Below, one piece after another: positions 9,946 through 20,757 of a DNA stretch of 64,000 nt; position 1 is the first letter of the stretch; each line of letters begins with the position of its first letter. The notes beneath the pieces were generated by a model, which was not told where the DNA came from, did no database searches, and saw only the letters and a program-made list of their open reading frames with translations. The DNA is from Nitrososphaerales archaeon (GTDB lineage: Archaea > Thermoproteota > Nitrososphaeria > Nitrososphaerales > UBA213), in contig CBDAOC010000018.1 in the NCBI GenBank assembly GCA_965197925.1, positions 96,001-160,000 on the forward strand, written 5' to 3'. Position numbers and translations under genes: made by a program.

Positions 9946-10229
9946 ATTTTTAGCTAATGCATCTGCGAATATTTAAACAAAAATTAACTAGGAACAAATT
10001 GATAATTAAGATGTATAAACTACATTTTTCCCGAACAGAGTCTATCTTCCATTGACAAAAAAAGGGTCACCGGAGGTCTACTTGCTACAAAGGAGAAGAC
10101 AACTAAAAGAAGCACAAAAAAATGAATTCGCTAGCCCCAAACATCTTTTTACAATTTTCTATTTTTAGATATTTCCCTATAAGGTTCTGTACAAAAGGTT
10201 TTGTACAATCTATGCCTGTGGCTTAAAAA

Positions 10230-11807
10230 TTATTCATGCTTGACGAGGGTTGCCTTTGCTACATCAAGTCCCTTCCATACTACGTCATAACCCATGATGG
10301 AGATCATCTCAGCATGACAAGACTCAGGTATACTATTTTCTGCAAGGACTGAACATGCATCAACAAATTTGGTAGTACCATCAAGTAATTTTGCCAATTC
10401 ATAAGAAATGATCTTCGATATAAGAAACTTTCCTACAATGACATAATCATTATTGTTAGTAAGGATATTTAATGCAGTTTGTTCGGGTATGTTGTATTCC
10501 TGTGCAATCTCCTCTAATGGTATAACTTCTCCTCTTGTACGGTCAAGAGTGATTTTCACATTGACCATACTTCTCTCAACCAATTCTCTTTCTATCCTCT
10601 TCAAGTAATCTACAATTGGTTTAACTGGTACCTCATCCTTGTAGATTATTAATTGTTCTTTTGGTAGTGAAAAGAGCTTGGAACAAGCAAGCTCCTTATT
10701 TACAGCTATGAGTATATTTATTTTATTACCTGTACTTACAATAAGTTTATGCAACTTCCTTTCGAGATATTCCCTTGTCCAAAATCCAACTACTTCTAGA
10801 TATACTCTGGTATTGTATTTCTGGAACATAAAGTCCGGTATCAACGCTTTGCCTTCTACTATTAATGGATCCGGCTCTCTCACCAATTTCCAACCATTTG
10901 CAAATTGATCAAACTTTCTTGCAAACCTCTCTTCTACATTGCTATCGTAAATGCCAACAATGTTTTCTTTTTGCTTAATGCATGGAACACTAGCAATTAG
11001 TAAAGGAGCTTCCGAATCTGATAACTCAAGTTCAAATAACTTTTTTCCTGACATTGTCTTTCTTACGATCGAAGCCCTTACATACCACTTCTCTGATGTG
11101 ATAATTGAGGGAAGCAATTTTGCTATTGATGTACCGTACCTATCGGTCAACCTGAAAAGACTCAGTGGTCCATCAAGTGAACATGTAAGTTGTTCACTTT
11201 CTGCTGTAGGTTGTTCCAAATAATATATCAGACCGAACCATTTGACGTTCCTAAGCACACGCTTCCAGTTTATTCCCCCGAAAACATAAAATTCCAGTTT
11301 TGTACAGTTGAAGAGTAGGGTCTGAAACAGTGAAAGGTTGTAACAGGCCACGAGATCATTTGCATTTATAGAATCAAATTTTGTGAGGATCATATTTTCG
11401 TCAAGGTCGCTCCATAAAGCTTCATCCACTTCGCCAGCCGTAACACCGATTCTCCCTGCTGCACTAGAGAGTATATTATTCCTCTCAAAATCTGTTAAAG
11501 CAAATCCCTTCTTTGACGCTTCTTCAAATACCGTTTTTCTTACAAATATTGAGCTAAGATTTGAGATACTCTTGAAAAGACATCTCCTTTCAAGAAGTGT
11601 ATACAGTCCTCTGACTAGTTTGTAGTCGTTTTTGCATTCATATTCAGTTATTCTTTCAAGAAGAACTCCTTTCTTCTCAGTTCTTTCTAGCGCTTCTTCA
11701 AATACCTTGATAATTCTTGTTGCCAATTGGAATTCGTTCTCGGAACAGAACAAAGGAGATATCATTCCCTTTTTCGTCCTGATCCTCAGCAAAGATGAAG
11801 GGAGCAT
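10230..11807 (-). CDS. bax1: Bax1 / DUF790-family endonuclease, XPB partner
   Basis: LDGPLSLF...RYG, WKLVREP, IPDF and EVVGFWTREYL motifs. Lies directly downstream of xpb. Confidence 0.88.
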   Translation of the reverse strand: MLPSSLLRIRTKKGMISPLFCSENEFQLATRIIKVFEEALERTEKKGVLLERITEYECKNDYKLVRGLYTLLERRCLFKSISNLSSIFVRKTVFEEASKKGFALTDFERNNILSSAAGRIGVTAGEVDEALWSDLDENMILTKFDSINANDLVACYNLSLFQTLLFNCTKLEFYVFGGINWKRVLRNVKWFGLIYYLEQPTAESEQLTCSLDGPLSLFRLTDRYGTSIAKLLPSIITSEKWYVRASIVRKTMSGKKLFELELSDSEAPLLIASVPCIKQKENIVGIYDSNVEERFARKFDQFANGWKLVREPDPLIVEGKALIPDFMFQKYNTRVYLEVVGFWTREYLERKLHKLIVSTGNKINILIAVNKELACSKLFSLPKEQLIIYKDEVPVKPIVDYLKRIERELVERSMVNVKITLDRTRGEVIPLEEIAQEYNIPEQTALNILTNNNDYVIVGKFLISKIISYELAKLLDGTTKFVDACSVLAENSIPESCHAEMISIMGYDVVWKGLDVAKATLVKHE

Positions 11808-11809
11808 CT

Positions 11810-13192
11810 CTAGTCTTTCCCTTCCTTGCTTTTTAGATTCTCTAGTGATTTCTTCCTCCTGTTGCTCGACCCAACCTCATTGGTCCCCATTGATACTATC
11901 TCGATTAATCTTGCAGTTTTTCTATCCTGCTTTGGTCTTAGAAGCCTTCCTAATCTTTGAATGAATTCTCTACTGCTTCCTGTACCGCTCACGATGATTC
12001 CCAGCTCGGCATCTGGGACATCAACACCTTCATCTAACACTTTCGATGTTACTATAGTTGAATACTTACCATCTTTGAAGCCATTGAGCACAGCCTGTCT
12101 CTCTTCCCTCTTGCTCTTATGGGTAATGAATGGGATCAAGAACTTGTTCGATATCTCGTGAACTAAAATATTATGTTGAGTAAAGATTAATGTTTTAACT
12201 CTCCTGTTTTCTGCAAGAATTTCTCTTAATTCATCAAATTTAGCTTTACTGTTCAACGCTATATTCATAGACTTGTTCCTGGCCAGGATCGCATCTCTAG
12301 CAAATTTATTCCTCGAAGACATCATAATCAACCTTTGAAACGCATTGGGGTAATTCAGCCTAAGCCCTAACTTGTTTATGATGAACTTGTACTTGTTATG
12401 ATTTTTCTTGTATTCGACCGATTCTTCAGGTAACATTTCAACATTTCTTCTTTCGATGGAATAGTTGGCGAGATGATTTTGTTCTGCCAGATCTCTAGGT
12501 ATTGTTTGAAAGACAATCCCCCCAACCAGTTTTGGTAGATCTTTATGAAGACCATCCTGCCGTTCAACAGTAGCTGTCAATCCTAATCGGAATGGTGATG
12601 CAAATTGTTCAGCGATTGACCTGTAACCAAGGGCAGGTAAGTGATGAACTTCGTCAAATATTACTAAGGAAAATTTGTTACCAAGCGATGCTGCTTTGAT
12701 ATATGAAGAATCGTAAGTTGAAATTGTTATCGGTTCTATTATTTCATCACCTCCTCCCAACTTCCCGATCTGAATATTGAAATGTTTTGAGAGAACAGTC
12801 GTCCATTGATCCATTAACTCCAGCGTTGGAACCACTATTAGAACAGAGGAATTTACCTCCTCAATTGCTTTTACACCTACTATTGTTTTGCCAGCGCCAG
12901 GAGGGAGTACGATACACCCCCTCATTCCAGCCTTGAGCCACATATTCAATGCTTTATGTTGATAATCCCTTAATTTGACACCTTTAGCCTGAAGAACAGG
13001 AGAAGGTATAAGGTCAAGTACATAATCTTCATACTCAATATCACTTGAGCTAAAATACTGGATAATATCCTTGTAATAAAGTGCATTAGCTCTCAACGAA
13101 CTCGTGCGAGGATCAAATGAGGCAAATGGAAGATGAGTAATGCCCTTAATGACTATAGTTCCCTTATCATACTTCAGTATTGCCTTAAGCAA
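11810..13192 (-). CDS. xpb: XPB/Rad25 SF2 DNA helicase
   Basis: LRDYQ, GAGKT, DEVHHL, GLTAT, EGVDVP and QRLGRLLR motifs. Confidence 0.92.
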   Translation of the reverse strand: MLKAILKYDKGTIVIKGITHLPFASFDPRTSSLRANALYYKDIIQYFSSSDIEYEDYVLDLIPSPVLQAKGVKLRDYQHKALNMWLKAGMRGCIVLPPGAGKTIVGVKAIEEVNSSVLIVVPTLELMDQWTTVLSKHFNIQIGKLGGGDEIIEPITISTYDSSYIKAASLGNKFSLVIFDEVHHLPALGYRSIAEQFASPFRLGLTATVERQDGLHKDLPKLVGGIVFQTIPRDLAEQNHLANYSIERRNVEMLPEESVEYKKNHNKYKFIINKLGLRLNYPNAFQRLIMMSSRNKFARDAILARNKSMNIALNSKAKFDELREILAENRRVKTLIFTQHNILVHEISNKFLIPFITHKSKREERQAVLNGFKDGKYSTIVTSKVLDEGVDVPDAELGIIVSGTGSSREFIQRLGRLLRPKQDRKTARLIEIVSMGTNEVGSSNRRKKSLENLKSKEGKD

Positions 13193-13424
13193 TAAGTGTC
13201 AATGTAGAATGATTCATGGTTATTAAAAAATCTTTTACATACTGTTAATAGAAAGATCCAGTAACTATATTGATCTCTTTGATCACTAAATAATCTCTTC
13301 TTTAGAGGACCTGTTTTAGATAGAATGTGGGAAGCTTTTAGATTGAACTCACAAAATATTAACTCATATTTTTGGTGTCAAGATTCTATATCTTTTAATT
13401 TTTGTATTAAGCAATATTCATGCT

Positions 13425-14228
13425 ATGCGGAGAGTCAATTATATTCATCTATATGATGAACCATCATCCAAAACCTTGGACATGAATACTGTGGCCGATT
13501 ATGTAAGGAGTGTGGTAAAATGTGATGTTGATTGTAGGAAAGAATTCTTTGCCCATTTCCTAAGGAATGAGAATATTGATCGTGTTGTTGATAAAATAGT
13601 GTGTGCAGAGGTATTAGATCCTAGGAAGAAATTAACCAGGCATACCCCTGCTTCGAGAGAGAGAGAGTTCGAAAAACAGATTCTCTCCGATCCTGAAAAA
13701 CGAACTTTTAGTATTCTCTATGATGGTTTTGTGTTGCAACAAATACTAGATGATCTTATTCCAAAAGAAGAAAATAACCTTGAGCATTTACACGTAGTAT
13801 TCACGAATAGGCTAGTATGCACGTTTGATGAAAGTGATTATAGATATCATTATCGCACTATAATATGTGGATACCCATCCATAATATGTACTAGTGGAAT
13901 TGTCGAGGCTCCAGCCAAACCTAGAGATTTCTATTATTTGCAACTATACTATGCTTCTATAGGAAATACAAATTTGGACGACGTGAAGAGAAAATTTCAT
14001 GGCAGATTCATAGATTATGACGATCCAAGATTCACAGATATAGTTAATGGTTTTGTTCTCCAAGCATTATTTTACCAACTGACGGGAAATCCCTTCTGTA
14101 ACAAAAGAGAATGTAGGTTGTTCAATGCACACTGGCAGGAAGACTTGATAAAATGTCAGTTGGATAACAGCAATATATGTGATAATCATTTGAAAATCTT
14201 ACACAATTTTAACATTATGAAACCATAA
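13425..14228 (+). CDS. Putative archaemetzincin-like metallopeptidase (DUF6775-like)
   Basis: GIVEAPAKP and C-x4-C-RLFNAHWQ...C motifs, typical of a conserved archaeal family. Confidence 0.6.
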   Translation: MRRVNYIHLYDEPSSKTLDMNTVADYVRSVVKCDVDCRKEFFAHFLRNENIDRVVDKIVCAEVLDPRKKLTRHTPASREREFEKQILSDPEKRTFSILYDGFVLQQILDDLIPKEENNLEHLHVVFTNRLVCTFDESDYRYHYRTIICGYPSIICTSGIVEAPAKPRDFYYLQLYYASIGNTNLDDVKRKFHGRFIDYDDPRFTDIVNGFVLQALFYQLTGNPFCNKRECRLFNAHWQEDLIKCQLDNSNICDNHLKILHNFNIMKP

Positions 14229-14259
14229 TTTAAATATCATTTCATTCTGGTTTTGAGTC

Positions 14260-15231
14260 ATGATGGCAACTGATATCAAGTCCGAGACACCTGAACCGAG
14301 GAATAGAAGTAATTACGATGTCATTATTTTGGGCTCCGGACCCGCGGGGTTGACGGCTGGTATTTACGCAGCTAGAGCCAAACTTCGAACTCTCGTGATA
14401 TCAGGTAATCTGCCTGGAGGTCAGCTTATGACAACAAGTGATGTAGAAAATTTCCCAGGGTTTCCTAATGGTATATTGGGACCTGAGCTTATGATGAACA
14501 TACGCCAACAGGCGGAAAGATTCGAATCGAATGTGATGGATGATATTGCTACGCAGGTTGACTTCCGACATCATCCCTTCAGGATATTAACGACGGATAG
14601 AGAGTTTGAGACCAAGGCGGTAATTGTGGCCACAGGTGCATCTCCGCGTAAGTTAGGATTGAAATCAGAAGAAACCTTTGGAGGTAAAGGTGTATCTTAT
14701 TGTGCTACATGTGATGGCCCTTTTTTCAAGGGTGAGGACCTTGTTGTGGTTGGGGGTGGTGATAGTGCTATTGAGGAAGCAACGTTTCTATCTAAATTTG
14801 CTAAAAGTATTCAGGTTGTACATAGGAAAGACAAATTGAGAGCTAGTAGGATCCTGCAGGAACGGGCATTCGAAAATCCTAAAATAAAGTTTCAATGGAA
14901 TACTGTAGTTGCGGAAATTGATGGTGACAGGAAGGTTCATTCAGTAACATTGCAAGATGTGTTGAATAATGAAACAATAAGGGTAGATATTGGGGGAATA
15001 TTTATTGCGATTGGACATGATCCAAATACAATGATTTTCAAGGAACAGCTTGATATGGATGAAAGCGGTTACCTAAAGGTTCAAAATCATACCCTAACAA
15101 GTGTTGAAGGTGTTTTCGCGGCTGGGGATGTGCATGACCATCGGTACAGGCAGGCTGTAACTGCAGCTGGATTTGGATGTATGGCTGCTATGGACGTAGA
15201 AAAATATCTGCGGGAAAAGGAACATAGATGA
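14260..15231 (+). CDS. trxB: Thioredoxin-disulfide reductase
   Basis: GSGPAG, CATCDG, GGGDSA and FAAGDV motifs. Confidence 0.96.
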   Translation: MMATDIKSETPEPRNRSNYDVIILGSGPAGLTAGIYAARAKLRTLVISGNLPGGQLMTTSDVENFPGFPNGILGPELMMNIRQQAERFESNVMDDIATQVDFRHHPFRILTTDREFETKAVIVATGASPRKLGLKSEETFGGKGVSYCATCDGPFFKGEDLVVVGGGDSAIEEATFLSKFAKSIQVVHRKDKLRASRILQERAFENPKIKFQWNTVVAEIDGDRKVHSVTLQDVLNNETIRVDIGGIFIAIGHDPNTMIFKEQLDMDESGYLKVQNHTLTSVEGVFAAGDVHDHRYRQAVTAAGFGCMAAMDVEKYLREKEHR

Positions 15232-15270
15232 GTCATACGACCATTTGGATCAATAATAATTTTTTAATTA

Positions 15271-16275
15271 TCACAAGGAAGTAAATGGAAGCTCAGTCAT
15301 GTTCTTTGCTTCTTTCAACGCATTATCAAATTCGGTTTCAGTAAAAACATTTTGGTTTAGATACAAGCTCTTGAATTTTCTTCCATCGTCAGCCAATATT
15401 ACTACTATTGTACCCTCATTCAAATTTTCAGCGAGTTTCTTTGTAGCTGCCATTACACATCCAGATGAAGGTCCTACAAGCAACTTTTCTCGTGTCAATA
15501 AATCTCTTGAAGCATCAAATGATTCTTCATTTGTAATTGTATACCACTCATCCACGACATCTTTTCTCCTTTCGAACAAGGGAGGCATGTCTGATTCCTC
15601 ATAATTCCTCAATCCTTGGATTAAATGATTCTTTTGGGGTTGCACAGGAATTACCTTTATCTTCTTATTCTTCTCTTTAAGAAAAGTGCCTGCGCCAGTT
15701 ATTGTGCCCCCAGTACCTGCACCAGCAACAAGGTGTGTAACCGTACCCTTAGTTTGCTCCCATATTTCATAACCAGTTCCTTCATAATGCGCCATGAAGT
15801 TTGCTTCATTTTCATATTGATTTGGCATGTAGTATATTTCCGGTCTTGCCTTAGATATAGCGGTTGCGAGAGATATACTCTGATCCGTCCCTACACCAAC
15901 CTTCGGACATAGATCGTCGCTAGTTTCATATAGTTTTGCCCCTAAATTACGAAGTATCGATTTAGTTTCTACACTAACTTTTTCCGGAATAACCATTTCA
16001 ACCTCGTAACCCATTAGGTGTGCTATGCCTGTTAATGCTATTCCGGTATTACCAGACGTCGGTTCTATTATGATGCTCTTGCCCTTTTTCAAGACACCTT
16101 TTTTTTCAGCATCTTTTATCATCCAGTAAGCTGGTCTATCTTTGACTGAACCAAATGGATTATACCATTCTAGCTTAGCCAGAATTTTCACTCTCTTCGA
16201 ATATGACTCCAGTTCGATTAAAGGAGTGTTGCCAACTCTTTCCAATAACTTTGTTGAAAGCGGTTTCGTGGCCAT
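15271..16275 (-). CDS. cysM: PLP-dependent cysteine synthase family protein
   Basis: GNTPL, NPFGSVKDR (PLP lysine), EPTSGNTG and GTGGT motifs. Confidence 0.88.
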   Translation of the reverse strand: MATKPLSTKLLERVGNTPLIELESYSKRVKILAKLEWYNPFGSVKDRPAYWMIKDAEKKGVLKKGKSIIIEPTSGNTGIALTGIAHLMGYEVEMVIPEKVSVETKSILRNLGAKLYETSDDLCPKVGVGTDQSISLATAISKARPEIYYMPNQYENEANFMAHYEGTGYEIWEQTKGTVTHLVAGAGTGGTITGAGTFLKEKNKKIKVIPVQPQKNHLIQGLRNYEESDMPPLFERRKDVVDEWYTITNEESFDASRDLLTREKLLVGPSSGCVMAATKKLAENLNEGTIVVILADDGRKFKSLYLNQNVFTETEFDNALKEAKNMTELPFTSL

Positions 16276-16281
16276 TTTTAC

Positions 16282-16524
16282 CTACTTTACCTTTTTTATC
16301 ATAAAGACCAGTTCATTATTTTCTTTTGAAAAATTAACTAACTCCTGTCCGTTGCGGTTCACCCAACGTGAAATATCCTCCTCTGCTTGTGGGTCATCTG
16401 CAAGAACTTTCAGTATTTCCCCAATCCCCAGCCTTTCTACCTCGATCTTCGTTCTGAACACTGGTTCAGGGCAGTATAGGCCCTTAACATCTATAGTCTT
16501 GGTCGGAGACTTTATTTCGCTCAA
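16282..16524 (-). CDS. tusA: TusA/SirA-family sulfurtransferase
   Basis: IDVKGLYCPEP and LADDP motifs. Confidence 0.9.
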   Translation of the reverse strand: MSEIKSPTKTIDVKGLYCPEPVFRTKIEVERLGIGEILKVLADDPQAEEDISRWVNRNGQELVNFSKENNELVFMIKKVK

Positions 16525-16570
16525 ATAACAACCTCAGTATGGGCTATAACCAGTCCAATATATTAAATAT

Positions 16571-17317
16571 TTATCGGAATAGGTCATTTTTGCTTTTTCT
16601 AATTAATTCTTTGGAAGAACCATTCTTATTATTATTAATATGTCCACGAATTACTGCCAAAGGAATCAAGTCTAACTTGCCCATCACAAGCTCCGCTGCA
16701 CTAGCGATTTCGTCTGCAATTGCGATTTCAGTTACCATTAGTTCCTTTCCAAAACTATCTTTCAAGCCACGATAATCCATAATAGGTTTCAAACCAGAAA
16801 GCCCTATAGCAACGTTGACCTGACCTTCCCGAAAAGGTCTTCCAAAAGTGTCACTAATTATTACGGCTATTTGCTTTCCTATTCGCTTCTTAATTTTGGC
16901 TCTGATTCTGGCAGCAGAATTATCAGGATTAAAGGGAAGTAGAGACACGAAATCATCCTTAACGTTAGACTGATCCACACCTGCATTAGCGCAAACAAAC
17001 CCGTGTTTTGTTTCGACGATTATTATCCCACGTTTAATCTTCACTATTCTCCTTGATTCAGATAGGATCAGCTCTATGACCTTTGGATCCTTACCATGTT
17101 TCGCCGCGATAGAATGTGCACGTCTTGACGGTTTGACATCAATCAGAGAAACAAGCCTTCCCTCAGCCTTCGATACTATTTTCTGTGCAATAACAAGTAT
17201 ATCATTATCATATAATTTTTCTTTTTGTTTTTTTATGGATGAAAGTATCAACTCTACCAGATCGTCATACAAACTAACATCCTTCTCAACTTTAATGGGG
17301 ATTATGGATATTCGCAC
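16571..17317 (-). CDS. cofE: Coenzyme F420-0:L-glutamate ligase
   Basis: KIVSKAEG, CANAGVDQSN, SDTFGRPFREG and ADEIASAA motifs. Confidence 0.95.
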   Translation of the reverse strand: MRISIIPIKVEKDVSLYDDLVELILSSIKKQKEKLYDNDILVIAQKIVSKAEGRLVSLIDVKPSRRAHSIAAKHGKDPKVIELILSESRRIVKIKRGIIIVETKHGFVCANAGVDQSNVKDDFVSLLPFNPDNSAARIRAKIKKRIGKQIAVIISDTFGRPFREGQVNVAIGLSGLKPIMDYRGLKDSFGKELMVTEIAIADEIASAAELVMGKLDLIPLAVIRGHINNNKNGSSKELIRKSKNDLFR

Positions 17318-17366
17318 AGGTTATATTCCATCCATAAATGTTAAAAAATTATGTTCAACAGCGCTA

Positions 17367-18014
17367 TTAGAACGAAGACTTTGCTGTAATCTCACCATAA
17401 TGTTTTTCAATTACCTCTATTATGAGTTCAAGATCCTTTTTGGCTATTATCACATCTGCCTTTTCCTTAACCAATTCCTGCGCGTTAAATGCAATTTTCA
17501 AACCAGAAATCTCAAAAAGTTTTAGGTCGTTTGCACCATCAACAACTGATACGATATTTTCTTTCTTCTCATTCCACTGTCTCATCACTTTGGCAATGGC
17601 ATTTGGTTTGTCCGAATTTACATTAATATCTACCCCCACCAACTTTCCATCCCTAAAGATCAGTTCATTTGAAGTAACATAATCCAATTTTAGCTCGTCT
17701 ATCAGTCTATCAGTAAATAAAGTGAAACCCCCAGATACTGCAAGTAAACGCCAACCAAACCTTTTCAGTTTCTGACATGCTACCTTGGCGCCCTCCATTA
17801 TAGGCATTTTGAGGGCGATCTCTTTTGCCCTATCGTAATCTATCCCACGCAAAGCATCTACTCTCTTAAGTAATCCTTCTTCCCAAGGTATTTCTCCCCT
17901 AATACCCTGCATAGTAATATCCATTATCTCCTTCTCCTTATCAAGCAAGTTTGCTAGTAGGGGAAGGTATTCTCCATCGAATAGTACGCCCTCAACGTCG
18001 AATATAACCAGCAA
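17367..18014 (-). CDS. serB: Phosphoserine phosphatase (HAD family)
   Basis: FDVEGVL, VSGGF and DGANDL motifs. Confidence 0.85.
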   Translation of the reverse strand: MLVIFDVEGVLFDGEYLPLLANLLDKEKEIMDITMQGIRGEIPWEEGLLKRVDALRGIDYDRAKEIALKMPIMEGAKVACQKLKRFGWRLLAVSGGFTLFTDRLIDELKLDYVTSNELIFRDGKLVGVDINVNSDKPNAIAKVMRQWNEKKENIVSVVDGANDLKLFEISGLKIAFNAQELVKEKADVIIAKKDLELIIEVIEKHYGEITAKSSF

Positions 18015-18310
18015 AGAAATCTAAGAATGTGGATTTCTGAGGATAATATTAAGTTTGACCAATTGAGGATTGCCAAAATTACTCTACGTATAATATAAAA
18101 TTTTAAAGGTTTGTATCAAGAATTTAGTCCATATTCATGGAATTGTTGATGAATTTAGTATAAACAATTTCTTTTCCCATAACCTCTTTGCAGACAAAGC
18201 ATCTCAACTTTCTAACGTTTATTGAAATTTCAAGATCAACTTGATCTACTTGCTAGCAACTTTAAATGCTATACGATGTAACAAATTCATTCAGGAAATT
18301 ATATGACATA

Positions 18311-19414
18311 TAATTGAGGCTTGGGCGTAATTTAGTTCGAAACGATAAGATCAGGTTTCAATTTTCATTGTTGATATGTTTAGCTCAGACTCGATACTCC
18401 TTCGTATATTATTTTTGATTGACGTGATTCCTTGGTCAAAACCTAATAGGAAAAGGGTAGACCATTCTACTATTCTCCTACAGTAATGGTGAGATGCTTC
18501 ATCGTTAGAGTATGGGTAAGAATACCAGGCAACAATGCTTTGCATGAATACTTTTCGATAGACATGCCATACAACAGGAAGGTAATGAAGGCATGTGGTC
18601 TTGATAGGTTGCCAGACAGAAGAACATTCGACAGAAGGTCAAGGCCGTATCAATTGACATAAGATCAAGGATAGGTGCTATGGGTATGCTCTTCATAAAA
18701 GATGGGTTGGTAGACCCAGCCATAGTATCCGTTGACAGTTCATTGTTGAAAGCAAAGGGACATGTATGGCACAAATCTAGCATGAAGAAGAATGAAGTGC
18801 CACGCTCTGGTATAGATACAGATGCTCGATGGGGCTACAGCAGAACCAAGGGATGGGTATTCGGATACAAGATGCATCTAGCATGTAGCACAGGTTCGTT
18901 GATAGTTCCATTGTCAGCTGATTTCACAACAGCTAACATTACTGATAACAAGATGTATGAAAGCATAACATCTTCATTGCCTACAGGAATGGTAAGGTAT
19001 GTTGTAGGAGATGAAGGATATGATGATCACAAGTTATGTGATTTCAGCAGGTATAGAGGGTATCCAGTATTCCCATTGGAAAGGTACAAGCATACTACAG
19101 ATAATAATAGACTGGCATTGCTGCAGTTCTATAACTCTGAATTTGGACAGCATGTATATTCTCGGAGGAGCATAAGTGTTGAACCATTGATAGAGCATAT
19201 GAAGGATGTATTTACCATAGATCCATTGCCAGTCAGAGGATTTGATAAAGCTAGGAGCATCGTTCTGATTTCTATATTGCTATACCAGCTGATGGTATAC
19301 TACAACTACTTGACAGGAAGACCATTAAGGGCATTGAAGCACATGTTGGGAAGTTAATCAATCAGAGGCATCAAGTTATTTTTGTTATATGAAATTATGT
19401 CCATGCCTCAATTA
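18311..19414 (+). mobile_element. IS element copy 2 (IS982/IS4-like) with a frameshifted transposase
   Basis: Same termini as 6286-7381. ATG at 18376, but frameshifts leave only 18680-19357 open. Confidence 0.9.
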
Positions 19415-19838
19415 TCTGATGTAAGGGAAGGGACTTCCAATATCAAGGATTTCAGAGACAAAGGAGAATTATCTCCTGAGAATGTTGAACATGACCTGGG
19501 TTATGTCAAGAGGGAAGATGTTGCGTTTGTAATATCTAATAGGCTATGCTATGATATTGCCATTGAAAAGCTTGCGACCAGGAATATAGGTAAGCGGAAT
19601 GTGTCACTATCTGATAACACTATACCCATAGCTTGGCCGATAAATTAGTCCGATCTTGTGGTTAGAAGTGAAAAAGAACATACCTGCAATGATGGTCGTA
19701 AATAACATATTTCTTTTCATAACTAAACATGACATTACGCTGCACACCTTGTGGCATTCCAGGCATAAGGAAAAAGGGGTAAAAGAACCTAAAGGGCGTT
19801 CTATCCATACCATCTGGTTAAATGGAAGGCTGTAACAA

Positions 19839-19915
19839 TACAACACACAACACACGACAGCTGTATTTTCTATATACTATAGTGTAGGTGATATGTTAGG
19901 TCGTTGTGTGTTGTA
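19839..19915. repeat. 13-bp perfect inverted repeat around an AT-rich core
   Basis: tacaacacacaac (19839-19851) and gttgtgtgttgta (19903-19915). Confidence 0.7.
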
Positions 19916-20119
19916 GAATCGGGTCAAAGAAGACCATATGAGCCCAGATAGAAAGCCTTTGCTTTCCATCACTCATTCTATTCTCCATTTTGACCACCTC
20001 TCCTTTCAGAGACCCCAATCTTACCCGGTGGCTCCTACATCCTTGTTCAAAGGGACTTTTGCCTAAGTAGCGGATAAATACCTGCGTTGGGAATAACGAA
20101 GTAACATGAAATAATAAAA

Positions 20120-20295
20120 TCAAATTTCAGTTCTATTATTGATGTGTGTAATTCAGACTCGATACTCCATATATTATCTTTAATTAGCTTGATTCTCTAG
20201 GCAAAACTTGATAGGAATATAGATAAACCAATCTAATACTCACAAACAATAAGGCTAAGGTTCTTCATATAAGGATGTGACTAGGAATTCTCACT
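20120..20295 (+). pseudogene. Degenerate 5' relic of the IS982/IS4-like transposase
   Basis: tcagactcgatactcc...aaaacttgatagg aligns with the start of the transposase in copy 2. Confidence 0.65.
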
Positions 20296-20304
20296 AATAA
20301 AATG

Positions 20305-20650
20305 TTTCCATCATATCTTCCTGACTTCCTTTTTGGCAGCAACATCACCGCTATCAACAGTAACTTCCTCCATCTTAAATTTTCCATCTGTATCCATGGT
20401 TTACTGGCGTAGCCACACTCTGTTCCCCCTTTCCATTTTTTACCCATATTGTCAGCCTCCTATTAGCTGTAGAACCGTCACCATTTTTTGGTACATCAAT
20501 CCACGGACATCGTGTTATTAATTCTACAATATGCCGTTAATTACCATCATTTCACATGCTTTACTCCTGCCCCTCCTTACCTTGAGGTAACAATGGTTCA
20601 ATGAACTCCCCCTGTTGATCTATCAAAGCAGTAAATTTAAACTAGATTAG
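20305..20650 (-). pseudogene. Degenerate IS5 orfA relic
   Basis: Fragments VINGIL, CPWIDVPKNGDGSTANRRL and VTVDSGDVAAKK match orfA at 4570-4914. Confidence 0.7.
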
Positions 20651-20757
20651 GCATGGTGGCGACAGATAGATCAAGCGATTGCAGAGGGTTCACTAGACGC
20701 TAAAGTATATTTGAACAACTTTATTCATCAACCTTATATTGTTCGCATTCACATGAT

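Noticed and set aside
19382..19648. ORF with GYVKREDVA, similar to an NAD(P)H-binding protein C-terminus
   Set aside because: It starts inside the IS end, and a single short motif supports at most a truncated relic.
19990..20075. GEMM/c-di-GMP-I riboswitch-like GGCAAA...GCCACCGG on the minus strand
   Set aside because: It lacks the GAAA tetraloop and the GACGCAAAGC core, so the resemblance is weak.
20602..20692. Nested inverted repeats (ttgatctatc/gatagatcaa) as an ncRNA
   Set aside because: The left arm lies within the degenerate IS5 orfA relic and there is no independent support.
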